Source of the DNA: a virus
Lineage: Duplodnaviria; Caudoviricetes
DNA: 64,000 bases
IMG/VR virus record: IMGVR_UViG_2974703250_000001
Coordinates: 1-64,000 of that record
Direction: 5' to 3' (one strand)
Shown here: piece after piece, positions 29,181-37,264 of the stretch
How positions within the stretch are numbered: the first letter of the stretch is position 1
Layout: every line of letters begins with the position of its first letter
Translations under genes and position numbers: made by a program
Notes under the pieces: generated by a model
The model's input: the letters and a program-made list of their open reading frames with translations, nothing else
Databases searched by the model: none
What the model was told of the DNA's origin: nothing

Positions 29181-29258
29181 GTGCTTCCCCCTTAACGTAA
29201 GCTAGCCCTGGCGCGCCCCCTCCCAAGAGCGCCACCAGGGCCAGCATTCGGTTGGTCC

Positions 29259-29729
29259 TTAGGACGGACCGGCGGATGAAAACGCCGGTTCGTCTTTTTT
29301 GACGGTCGGTGCCTTCTTGGCCGGGGCCTTTTTCGGTTCCGGCTTTGAGGGTGTCTCGTCGATTTCGTCTCCCACGGGCGAGCCTGCCGCCTTCCAGGCC
29401 CGGACAATCTCTGCGGAGACGCGGCCCTTCGTGCTCACGTCGGGGAATCCGTTGCCCTTAGCCCACTTACGGATATCCGCGAGAGGCAGGCCCGGTTCGC
29501 CACCGGAGGCCGTTGTGCCGCGTGCAGTGCGGCGACGTGCGCTACCCGCTTTGCCGACGCGCTCTGCAATCTCGATCCACTTGGACATGTCCTTGTCGAA
29601 CTCGGCAGCGTTTTTGCTTGACAGGTCCATGCGGTAAGCCACGCCATCGACGGAAAATTCCTTCTCGGTGTCGGCTTCCAGGTCGGGGTCCAGGTCGTCA
29701 AAAACGGTGACGGTTACTCGCTTACCCAT
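29259..29729 (-). CDS. lsr2: Lsr2-like nucleoid-associated protein
   Basis: VTVFDDLD..FSVDGVAYRMDLS dimerisation domain; IRKWAKGNG..KGRV AT-hook. Confidence 0.92.
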   Translation of the reverse strand: MGKRVTVTVFDDLDPDLEADTEKEFSVDGVAYRMDLSSKNAAEFDKDMSKWIEIAERVGKAGSARRRTARGTTASGGEPGLPLADIRKWAKGNGFPDVSTKGRVSAEIVRAWKAAGSPVGDEIDETPSKPEPKKAPAKKAPTVKKDEPAFSSAGPS

Positions 29730-29733
29730 GTCG

Positions 29734-29964
29734 CTAATCCTTTCGTATCGGGTACGTGCTGTGTACGGACATTAATTCACGTAATTGCTTAATGTCAACA
29801 GGGATACCGTCTGCGGTCATTTTGCCGCGATACCTCATGCACTCGCATCGTTCCCCTTTGCGCTTACGCCCGTGGTAGTGGCATCGCCAGCCGCCGCCGC
29901 GCTCGGGTGCGTGTGATGCGCGCCCGTGACCACAGCTTTCGCACAGCGGCCAGCGGATTCTCAC
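29734..29964 (-). CDS. Small Cys/His-rich protein
   Basis: CESCGH..H..C..C..C putative zinc ligands. Confidence 0.5.
   Translation of the reverse strand: MRIRWPLCESCGHGRASHAPERGGGWRCHYHGRKRKGERCECMRYRGKMTADGIPVDIKQLRELMSVHSTYPIRKD
29768..29798 (-). promoter_or_regulatory. SigA-like promoter for lsr2 overlapping an inverted repeat
   Basis: Minus strand TTGACA-N18-TAATGT; plus strand GACATTAA-N13-TTAATGTC palindrome. Confidence 0.6.
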
Positions 29965-30089
29965 GTGCGTGCGTCCCGGTTAGGCGCGCAGTAAAGGTGC
30001 CATATTTTCGCCCAGCCGCGCCCGTATTCCTTGTAGAAGTGGCGCGCTGGCACTTCGTGTCCGCACTTGACGCAGGTCGTGTCGCTCAT
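29961..30089 (-). CDS. Small Cys-containing protein (not in ORF track)
   Basis: 42 aa MSDTTCVKCGH..HLYC; AGGAGA RBS; GTGA overlap with the next gene. Confidence 0.5.
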   Translation of the reverse strand: MSDTTCVKCGHEVPARHFYKEYGRGWAKIWHLYCAPNRDART

Positions 30090-30204
30090 GCGCGCGTGTC
30101 TCCTACCGCACTTAGGTAACCACTAGTTCTCTGATCTGTTCGCTTACTCAACGTGAGTTGCGTTAGGGAGAGGATTAGGTTTTCGTTTCACAACCACATC
30201 TCAA

Positions 30205-30609
30205 GGTGACACTAGGTGGGTTGTTGTCGTCGCCTTAGTCGGGAACGGTACTAGCGACTCTCCTTGAAGAATCTTCTGCGGTTTTGCGATCTTCTGGAAA
30301 TCTTAAGAAATTTCCTCATGGGAACCTCAGGCCCGGAAGTGGCCCCCGACATGTCCGCAGGTACACGCCCTGTACAGCCCTGACCTGCGCCGACAGCGTT
30401 CTTAGTTGACACTTTTGGTGACACCTGACGAGAAAAAGCCTCTGACCTGCATGTTCTTAGCGGCATCAGGGGATTAAAAGTCCGTAGAGGCAGGTGCTAT
30501 CGTGCCAGGTGCGACATGTCAAACACGCAGCTAAGCGGGGTTTAGCACGCCTGTGCAGGCTTATGCAGGCACCGCGTAGTTGACACCTGTTGTTGACACT
30601 AGTTGACAC
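30205..30609. mobile_element. attP region: core 30471-30487 plus arm-type repeats
   Basis: Minus strand CTACGGACTTTTAATCC resembles a tRNA-Lys(TTT) anticodon arm; GTTGACAC/GGTGACAC repeats near 30205, 30405, 30417, 30579, 30592 and 30602 flank it, next to int. Confidence 0.72.
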
Positions 30610-30623
30610 CTGGGAGGGTTCAG

Positions 30624-31931
30624 ATGGCCGAGACCGAGGAAAAAAATAAGAGGCGCAAGAGGGGTGACGGAGGTCTCACTTACGACCCAAAGCGCGGCCT
30701 GTACATCGGCACCGTATGGGATAAGTGGCCGGACGGGAGGCCGCGCCAGCGCCGCGTCTCGTCAAAGAAAGAATCGGTGGCCGTAACGAAGCTGAACACG
30801 CTTCGCGCGGACGTTCTCAGCGGCAAGGCCGCGACGACGAACAAGACCATGACGGTTAGTGAGTGGCTGGACAAGTGGCTGGTGATCAAAAAGGCTGAGG
30901 TCCGGCCCAAGTCCTACGACAGCTACGAACTCGCGGTCCGGCTCTATATCAAGCCGCACATCGGGGACAAGCGGTTGTCCAAGTTGACGGCGGCTGACGT
31001 GCGCGCCATGCAGACGGCGGTACAGAAAGGCACCAAGGGCATTAAGGGGTCTACCCGGAGCGCTCAGAAGGCCCACCAGACCCTCAACATGGCCCTCACG
31101 CAGGCCGTCCACGACGAGCACCTACACCGCAACCCATGCGTAGCCGTGAAGTTCCCCAAGCATGCAAAGAAGCAGCGTGGCGTGTTCGAGACGAGCGCGG
31201 CGGTTCACATTCTGCGGACGGCGGCGAAACGTGACGACGAGGACGACGCTAAGCGGCCTAAGCTCGCGTCCCGGTGGGTGGCCGCGTTTATGACCGGCGC
31301 GCGGCAAGCCGAGTGCATCGGTTTGGAGCTGGACCGTATCGACTTCAAGAACGACGTTATGGATATCTCGTGGCAGTTGCAGCGGCTTTCGTATGACCAC
31401 GGCTGCGGAGAGCCCGACGCTGACGGTAAGTACCCGTGCGGGCGGGTGCGAGTGGGGTACTGCCCGACCCGCAAGTTCAACCCGCCACCCGGATTCGAGT
31501 ACCGGCCCTGTCATCACTCGCTGTTCTGGACCCGGCCTAAGAGCTACGCCGGAGAACGGGTGGTTCCAATGGCACCGCTACTGAAAGAGTCGCTTAAGGT
31601 CCATATCCAGATGGATAAAGACCCGAACCCTTACGGGCTGGTGTGGCATCACCGAGACGGTAGGCCGATAAGCCAAGAGGACGATAACGAACAGTGGAAC
31701 ATGCTGATGGCTGCTGCTGGCGTCGATAAGAAGGCCGGAGAGGCTGTATTGCACGAGGCCCGGAATACGTCAGCGACGATGCTTCTAGAGTCGGGCGTTG
31801 ACGTTAAGGTCATTCAGCAGATATTGGGGCACGCGTCGATCTTGCAGACGCGGGAATACCAGCGGGTGAGTTTGGAGCTGAGCAAGAGCGCCGTTAGTAA
31901 TGCTTTCGACGCTCTGCTCCCGAACCTCTAG
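30624..31931 (+). CDS. int: Tyrosine integrase
   Basis: TGARQAE (R), LHEARNT (HxxR), LGHAS, EY catalytic Tyr; GGGAGG RBS before ATG30624. Confidence 0.93.
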   Translation: MAETEEKNKRRKRGDGGLTYDPKRGLYIGTVWDKWPDGRPRQRRVSSKKESVAVTKLNTLRADVLSGKAATTNKTMTVSEWLDKWLVIKKAEVRPKSYDSYELAVRLYIKPHIGDKRLSKLTAADVRAMQTAVQKGTKGIKGSTRSAQKAHQTLNMALTQAVHDEHLHRNPCVAVKFPKHAKKQRGVFETSAAVHILRTAAKRDDEDDAKRPKLASRWVAAFMTGARQAECIGLELDRIDFKNDVMDISWQLQRLSYDHGCGEPDADGKYPCGRVRVGYCPTRKFNPPPGFEYRPCHHSLFWTRPKSYAGERVVPMAPLLKESLKVHIQMDKDPNPYGLVWHHRDGRPISQEDDNEQWNMLMAAAGVDKKAGEAVLHEARNTSATMLLESGVDVKVIQQILGHASILQTREYQRVSLELSKSAVSNAFDALLPNL

Positions 31932-32716
31932 ACTGCGCCGTCGAGCTGCTTAGGCGCAGTGGCCTTAGCGTTGCGCTTAAGCGGCTTCTGGCGGCGTACC
32001 GCCCGCCACATGTGAGCTTTCATGTAGCGCAGCTTCCGACGCCACGAAAGCGTTGAACCGACCATTAGCAGGATTGCGCCGACTGTGGCGAGCCGCCAAC
32101 CCCAGTTCGTCGTGATGCTTAGCGAAACGATGTACCGGGATGACCAAGCGAGCCCACAGAGCGCGAAGGCAACCATGTACACATCAATGACCAGGTGTGA
32201 GCGTCGGTCGCTGGTGCGGATGCACCACAGGAGCCAGCAGATATGGCTTAGGAGCCACACGTAGCCGATCAGGACCATTGGGAAGACCAACCAGTGGCTA
32301 CCGGTGATCCACGCGCCCACGGCGGTTGGCAGGGCGATAGTGGTAGGTAGGGAGATTCGTCGGGTGATGTATCGGTGCTTCTGTGACTCGTCCCAGTCCA
32401 TACGCCCGGCTAGATCGTAAAGAAACGTGCCGTAGGCGAGCATGAGCACGAGATATCCGGCCATGACTTGCGGATAGACGCGGCCACTCTCAAGCGCGTC
32501 CGGAAGGAACGGGTTGAACGCAACGAGGTTCGGCGATAACAAGATCAGTGCGGCACACATGAGCGCGCCGGTAAGGGTGGTTCCCGTTTCCCATCGCACG
32601 TGCCACGTTCGTCGTCGGATCGCTTGGGTAATGACCGTCGTGACGACGAGTAGAAACATGAGTGCCCGATCTTCTACGGGTACGACGGCAGCGACATGCG
32701 CGAGCTGATGGATCAT
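31928..32716 (-). CDS. Polytopic (about 7 TM) membrane protein
   Basis: Multiple hydrophobic helices; downstream of the repressor gene, convergent with int. Confidence 0.7.
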   Translation of the reverse strand: MIHQLAHVAAVVPVEDRALMFLLVVTTVITQAIRRRTWHVRWETGTTLTGALMCAALILLSPNLVAFNPFLPDALESGRVYPQVMAGYLVLMLAYGTFLYDLAGRMDWDESQKHRYITRRISLPTTIALPTAVGAWITGSHWLVFPMVLIGYVWLLSHICWLLWCIRTSDRRSHLVIDVYMVAFALCGLAWSSRYIVSLSITTNWGWRLATVGAILLMVGSTLSWRRKLRYMKAHMWRAVRRQKPLKRNAKATAPKQLDGAV

Positions 32717-32810
32717 GCGGCGGGGAGCCTTTACAAGAGTGGGCTTTTGTTCAGCCCGAAGGGAGGGAGGTAACGAGTTGATCGCGGTTGCGACTCAGCG
32801 CGTTACACGC

Positions 32811-32840
32811 AATGTACGCACACGCGAGCGCGTGCGTCAA
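32811..32840 (-). promoter_or_regulatory. SigA-like promoter for the membrane protein gene
   Basis: Minus strand TTGACG-N18-TACATT; the spacer is an imperfect palindrome. Confidence 0.55.
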
Positions 32841-32889
32841 TATGCATTCGCAAGGATCTAGCAAACTGGCCCGAAAGCCCGAAGGCGCG

Positions 32890-33270
32890 TCACAGAGGGG
32901 GTATGTCTGTGCGCGCCTTCGGCTTACTCATCCGGGGTTTCGGTCTTCGGACCACCCTCAAGATCGTTGCTTGTGGAGGGTTTGCCAGTTCTTCGTCAGC
33001 AATTACCTCTCCCTCGCGTTCTAGGTACGTGAGCAGGTCCGTTTTATCTAAGTGACCGAATCGGACTAATAGGTCAACTTTGTCTAGGCCGAAGTGGTCG
33101 GCCAGCGCCATGAGGTTGGGGATGCTATTGAGCACCCCTTTGTCCCGCTGTTCGTAGTAGGTGGAGCGGGACATGCCCAGTGCGCCCAGCGCCTCCTGCA
33201 TGCGTACCTGCCTCTTGAGTAGGTACGAGATGACCACTATCAGGTCGTTGTCTTCATCTTTGGCCGACAT
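32890..33270 (-). CDS. Putative immunity repressor (HTH)
   Basis: ALGALGMSRSTYYEQR HTH; divergent from the Cro-like gene; ATG33270. Confidence 0.65.
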   Translation of the reverse strand: MSAKDEDNDLIVVISYLLKRQVRMQEALGALGMSRSTYYEQRDKGVLNSIPNLMALADHFGLDKVDLLVRFGHLDKTDLLTYLEREGEVIADEELANPPQATILRVVRRPKPRMSKPKARTDIPPL

Positions 33271-33306
33271 GCGGACAAGTATGTCCCGTTTTCCGGACCG
33301 GCACAA
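33271..33306 (-). promoter_or_regulatory. Leaderless repressor promoter with an operator-like motif in the spacer
   Basis: Minus strand TTGTGC-N17-CATACT-N7-ATG; spacer contains GTCCGGAAAA. Confidence 0.55.
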
Positions 33307-33395
33307 CTACCCGCTACCTGCGAAAACAGAATGACATTCGTGTAATTTTGTCCGGAAAATCGGACAACTTGAGACGACACCGGATTGTGATGTGT

Positions 33396-33707
33396 ATGTT
33401 TCATCTCGTGCCGATCACAACCGCCTCACAGCCCAGCTACAAGATCGAGTGGATTCCCGAAGCCGTCGAGAACCTGCTCCACAACCACGACATTCTGAAC
33501 CGCAACGAGCTAGCTAAAGAACTCAAAGTATCCAGGTCACGCGTCTACGAGACGTTTTCTGAGAACTGGTCGGGCCGCGCCAGCATGAGGGTTCTGGAAG
33601 CCATGTGCGGACACTTCCGCGTACCGATCAGCCGCATCGTTACCGAGCCGGGTCGAGCGTCTGCCCAAGCTCGTGCCCGCCGACAGACTGTCCGGAAAAC
33701 CGTATGA
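33396..33707 (+). CDS. Cro-like HTH protein
   Basis: RNELAKELKVSRSRVYETF..SMRVLEAMC Cro/C1-type HTH; exact start uncertain (33348, 33390 or 33396). Confidence 0.7.
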   Translation: MFHLVPITTASQPSYKIEWIPEAVENLLHNHDILNRNELAKELKVSRSRVYETFSENWSGRASMRVLEAMCGHFRVPISRIVTEPGRASAQARARRQTVRKTV

Positions 33708-33919
33708 GCACGAACACAGTCGGACTGTCCGATGAACCGGACCGAGTTCTGGTGACCAGGCCCGAGGCCGCGCGCATCCTCTCCCTAAGCCTTCGGGAGG
33801 TGGACAACCTGCGCCGGAGCGGACGGCTGATGGCCAAGAAGCACGGAGCCAAGGTGCTGTTCCCGGTCGAAGAACTCGAACGCTTCGCCAACGACCTCCC
33901 GTGGGAGGTCGACCAGTGA
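33704..33919 (+). CDS. Excisionase (Xis, HTH_17-like)
   Basis: VTRPEAARILSLSLREVDNLRRSGRL..GAKVLFP. Confidence 0.78.
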   Translation: MSTNTVGLSDEPDRVLVTRPEAARILSLSLREVDNLRRSGRLMAKKHGAKVLFPVEELERFANDLPWEVDQ

Positions 33920-34275
33920 CCGAACTGCTTAAACCGGACGCTGAGGCAGTTAACGAACTTAAGGCCGCGCTAGAGCGGCTACGAAAGGACGGATGGAACC
34001 GTGGAAAGTTTCACGATGTCATCACAGGCGAGTGCTGTGCTCTTGGGGCATTCGGCTACGCATTCCCCACAGACTCGCCCGGAGTCGCTTACCTCGCGTA
34101 TGCAATCCGAAACCGCAAGGGTGGGCACCCATACCCACCGGACATGCCGGATATGTCCGTCGTCATTCGTTTCAACGATGCACACGGACGTAAGTGGGCC
34201 GAAGTGGAAGCCGTCTTTCTCGCTGCAATCCGTTACGCAGAGGGTAAAGGCGTGCATGTCCGATCAAGCGCTTAG
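33916..34275 (+). CDS. Hypothetical protein (DUF6197-like)
   Basis: GWNRG..CCALGA..FNDAHGRKWAEVEAVF pattern; GTGA overlap. Confidence 0.5.
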   Translation: MTELLKPDAEAVNELKAALERLRKDGWNRGKFHDVITGECCALGAFGYAFPTDSPGVAYLAYAIRNRKGGHPYPPDMPDMSVVIRFNDAHGRKWAEVEAVFLAAIRYAEGKGVHVRSSA

Positions 34276-34360
34276 GGACAACGTTCTGGCGGTGCTGTCC
34301 CTGCTGGTCCTCATCGCGTTCATGGCCGTCATCTTGAATGCGTGGTTCACGGGATGGTGA
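34256..34360 (+). CDS. Small membrane protein
   Basis: 34 aa, single TM helix. Confidence 0.45.
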   Translation: MSDQALRDNVLAVLSLLVLIAFMAVILNAWFTGW

Positions 34361-34446
34361 CCTTAGATGCAGCCGATGTACTCGTTTCTTGTTTAACTTC
34401 CGAAACGCCAGCCTCAGCCCTAAGCTGGTTTACAGAGGGGGAGGGG

Positions 34447-34776
34447 ATGAGAAAGTTTCGAGGCGTGATCAACGAAACGCGAAGGGTAGCGATGACTAAC
34501 CCGCTTGGCCGGAATGAAGCTCCGGAATACAGGCGGAACGGAAAGCCTTGCTGCATCTTTGGTCACGTCTTGGAACGGCTCGGAATCCCAGTCGCCAAAT
34601 GGGAGCTTGAGCTTCTTCTCAACAACCACACACTTGCAGACTTGCCCTGGGAAGACTGGGGCTTTGAGAAGCCTAACGAATACCAACTGCTCTGGATCAC
34701 TAAGGTTCAGGCTAACGCAGATAACCGGGATGCGTGGATCATAGCTATTGCTATGGCTGACGCAACCCTGATCTAA
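34447..34776 (+). CDS. Hypothetical protein
   Basis: GAGGGG RBS before ATG34447; PCCIFGHVL..QANAD..W. Confidence 0.55.
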   Translation: MRKFRGVINETRRVAMTNPLGRNEAPEYRRNGKPCCIFGHVLERLGIPVAKWELELLLNNHTLADLPWEDWGFEKPNEYQLLWITKVQANADNRDAWIIAIAMADATLI

Positions 34777-34961
34777 CGCTTAAAAATCTTATAGCTGTCA
34801 CTTACGAAGTAACTCCGTAGTCGGAGGGTCCGTGTTTAGCGTCCGGGCCGCAGAGTGGTTCGCCTGCAAGTAAGCCAGCATTGAATACGTGTGTATTTCC
34901 GCACTACGAACTGGTCCCTGATGGGTTTATGTCCTATCGGCAGCCGGAGACGTGCGGGGTA

Positions 34962-35071
34962 GCGATACGCGGTTGGTACCTGAGGGTGACCGCATGAAAA
35001 CGCTCTGGCGGGGTCCGTGGCCGAATCTACGGGTCAGAGCATCCCCGGTTCGATTCCGGGGTATCGCACCA
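34962..35071 (+). ncRNA. tRNA-like RNA with acceptor stem, T arm and encoded CCA but no anticodon arm
   Basis: GCGATAC/GTATCGC 7-bp acceptor stem, A73, CCA; CCCGG-TTCGATT-CCGGG T arm; two non-canonical internal hairpins. Confidence 0.8.
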
Positions 35072-35218
35072 AGCCGGAGCGGTTGAGACGCACAGCGCTA
35101 ACGGGCATTAGCGCTTATAGGTGCGCGACGTAAGGGTGTGGCGTCCGCTGCCACCTGTTGCGCTCCCGCTCCGGCCTTTCACTTTCCACCTTCACCACAA
35201 CCACGAAAGGGCAGTCAG

Positions 35219-35635
35219 ATGACGGTTATTTACTTGGGTGAACCAACCGGCCCACGACTCCGCGACCTCAGCCGGTCGCAGGAGAAAGCCCTTAACGACT
35301 GGCTCACGATGGCACTGGTTGTGCCACCGACGAGGCGCGAAGAAATCCCCGTCGACTTTACGCGAGCGCTTAGTGCCCTGGCTAAGCGTAGGGGTATCCG
35401 GTTCCACTTCAACAGTGACCGGATGCGGGTACGCGGCGAAGCTGTGCTCGGTAAGAACATGCCCGGCTGCGTTGGCGGCACCAAACGAAAGGTCACGGTT
35501 ACCGATGAAAGGCAAGTGGCTACGAAAGCTCAATCCTCTATCCGGGTCAAAGCCCGGTCCGGAGGTTTCGTCTCCGGCGGTGGAGAAGGTATCGCCCCTT
35601 ACCACGACCGGGACTGGCGCGACGACTACCTATAG
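35219..35635 (+). CDS. Hypothetical protein
   Basis: AAAGGG RBS before ATG35219. Confidence 0.55.
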   Translation: MTVIYLGEPTGPRLRDLSRSQEKALNDWLTMALVVPPTRREEIPVDFTRALSALAKRRGIRFHFNSDRMRVRGEAVLGKNMPGCVGGTKRKVTVTDERQVATKAQSSIRVKARSGGFVSGGGEGIAPYHDRDWRDDYL

Positions 35636-35876
35636 CTATAGGCGGTGTGCGCGCTGCAACGCCCTATTGACGTTCAAGTACAGGAGATGTACGGTATGCA
35701 ACATGGAACCGGAACTGGCCGCGTGGAAGAAGGAACTGCTGTGGCGTGCGACCTGGGATGCGGAGCGGTTTACCCCGCCGGGCGTGCATGGCAGCGCGAC
35801 CTTCACCACTACGCCTCCGAAAAGGGCATCCTTCCCACCTGCGGGCGGGGTGCAGAGCGAAAGGCGCGAGCCGCTA

Positions 35877-36674
35877 ATGCTGAGGCAGCCTGAAAAGTTG
35901 ATGCTGGCCGGTGACTGGCACGGTAACTTGCCGTGGGCATTCAAGGCCATTAACTACGCCAAGTTCAACCGTGCAGACACGATTCTGCACGTTGGCGACT
36001 TCGGCTGGTGGAAGGCTGGTCCAGCCACCTACCAGTTCCTCGAAGAGGTCAACAAAGAGTGCGAGCACCACGGCATCGACTTGCTGTGGGTTGACGGTAA
36101 CCACGAGGACCACGCGTTCTTAGGTTCGTTCAACGTCCCCGGCGCTCAGCCGCTCACTACTAAGTCCTATCCGCGCATTACGCACCTACCGCGCGGGTAC
36201 CGGTGGGTGTGGTGGGGCGATACGTGGATGGCGCTTGGCGGCGCTCATTCGGTCGACCGCTCATTCGCTGTTGAGGGTGAGTCCTGGTGGCCGGGCGAGT
36301 GGCTGGATGACAAGCAGATGGATTACGCGATGCGACCTGGCAAGGTCGACATCATCGTGGCCCATGACGCGCCTACCAACGTCGAGATTCCCGGCATTGA
36401 GCCTGGTAAGGACATTTGGCTTCGTATCGACGGTAAGCCGCGCAAGGTTCCTCAGGTCGACAAGCTTAAGGCCGAGGAACACCGCGCCCGTATCCAGCAA
36501 GTGTGCGATGCGGTTAAGCCGGTCGAGTTCTATCACGGCCACTATCACCGCGACTACAACGCGTTGTGCCGGATTGAGGGCGGCGGCTACATGAACGTCC
36601 GGGGCCTCGATAAGGACGAAACCACGATTGCCAAAAACACGTATTTCATCACGGAAGGGCTAGACGAGGAATGA
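35877..36674 (+). CDS. Calcineurin-like metallophosphoesterase
   Basis: GDWHG, GDFG, DGNHE, AHDAP, GHYH motifs; true start ATG35877 inside the long ORF. Confidence 0.88.
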   Translation: MLRQPEKLMLAGDWHGNLPWAFKAINYAKFNRADTILHVGDFGWWKAGPATYQFLEEVNKECEHHGIDLLWVDGNHEDHAFLGSFNVPGAQPLTTKSYPRITHLPRGYRWVWWGDTWMALGGAHSVDRSFAVEGESWWPGEWLDDKQMDYAMRPGKVDIIVAHDAPTNVEIPGIEPGKDIWLRIDGKPRKVPQVDKLKAEEHRARIQQVCDAVKPVEFYHGHYHRDYNALCRIEGGGYMNVRGLDKDETTIAKNTYFITEGLDEE

Positions 36675-36744
36675 ACGTCGAGCTGATGGCGGCGGCGCGC
36701 TCTGATCGGCGCGTGCATGGGTCTATGTGGTGGAGGTCGCGGCG

Positions 36745-37062
36745 ATGAAGGCTAGTGAGCGTTTAGCGGAGCGTAACGAGCTGCTGGAAGTGATCGCAGA
36801 AATCGACTCCGACCTAAGCGGCCTTATTGAGGATAAGAGTTTCCGGGCTGCCCAACAGTGCCGGGAAATGTTGGACGCGCGGCGTGAGACGGCGCGCGAG
36901 CTGAACGCGCTTGGGTTTAGCGCACCTGAGCTTGACGAAAGGTTGAGGCGGCGTGAAAGTGTTCCTGCTGCTGGTAGTGGTGATCGCGCTGGTGTTCGTG
37001 ATAGCGGCGGTGATTGTGTCGTTGCAAAGCGCCGTATCGGCCCGTCGCAAGAGGCGGGCTAA
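36745..37062 (+). CDS. Hypothetical coiled-coil protein
   Basis: GGAGG RBS before ATG; its 3' end overlaps the next gene by about 110 nt, so the C-terminus is doubtful. Confidence 0.4.
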   Translation: MKASERLAERNELLEVIAEIDSDLSGLIEDKSFRAAQQCREMLDARRETARELNALGFSAPELDERLRRRESVPAAGSGDRAGVRDSGGDCVVAKRRIGPSQEAG

Positions 37063-37186
37063 CGATCCACTGTTCTACCTCACGCGTCGTGAACGGCGCG
37101 AGTATTCACGAGCTATCGCTAAGCGAAAGCTATCCGAAGCTGATGAGGCTTACTATCAGCGGCTTAACGACATGCTCACCCGGTAG
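36953..37186 (+). CDS. Membrane protein
   Basis: N-terminal TM helix followed by a basic segment. Confidence 0.55.
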   Translation: MKVFLLLVVVIALVFVIAAVIVSLQSAVSARRKRRANDPLFYLTRRERREYSRAIAKRKLSEADEAYYQRLNDMLTR

Positions 37187-37211
37187 TACCCACAACTAAA
37201 TACCCACACAC

Positions 37212-37245
37212 AAAACCCCTGTTAGCTGCGGCTAGCGGGGGTTTT
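37212..37245 (+). terminator. Intrinsic terminator (possibly bidirectional)
   Basis: AAAACCCCTGTTAGC-TGCG-GCTAGCGGGGGTTTT. Confidence 0.7.
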
Positions 37246-37264
37246 CCTATGGAAGGAAACTTCT

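Noticed and set aside
34962-35071. tmRNA or ordinary tRNA
   Set aside because: No G3:U70 pair or tag ORF, and no 5-bp stem with a 7-nt anticodon loop after the D-like arm
35087-35125. Fourth Y-RNA-like unit (GACGCACAGC...GTGCG) after the CCA
   Set aside because: ACAGC is base-paired here and the TGGAC/GTCCA stem is absent; probably chance
35238-35876. 213-aa N-terminal extension of the metallophosphoesterase
   Set aside because: It overlaps the 35219-35635 gene in another frame and reads as junk; the domain starts at ATG35877
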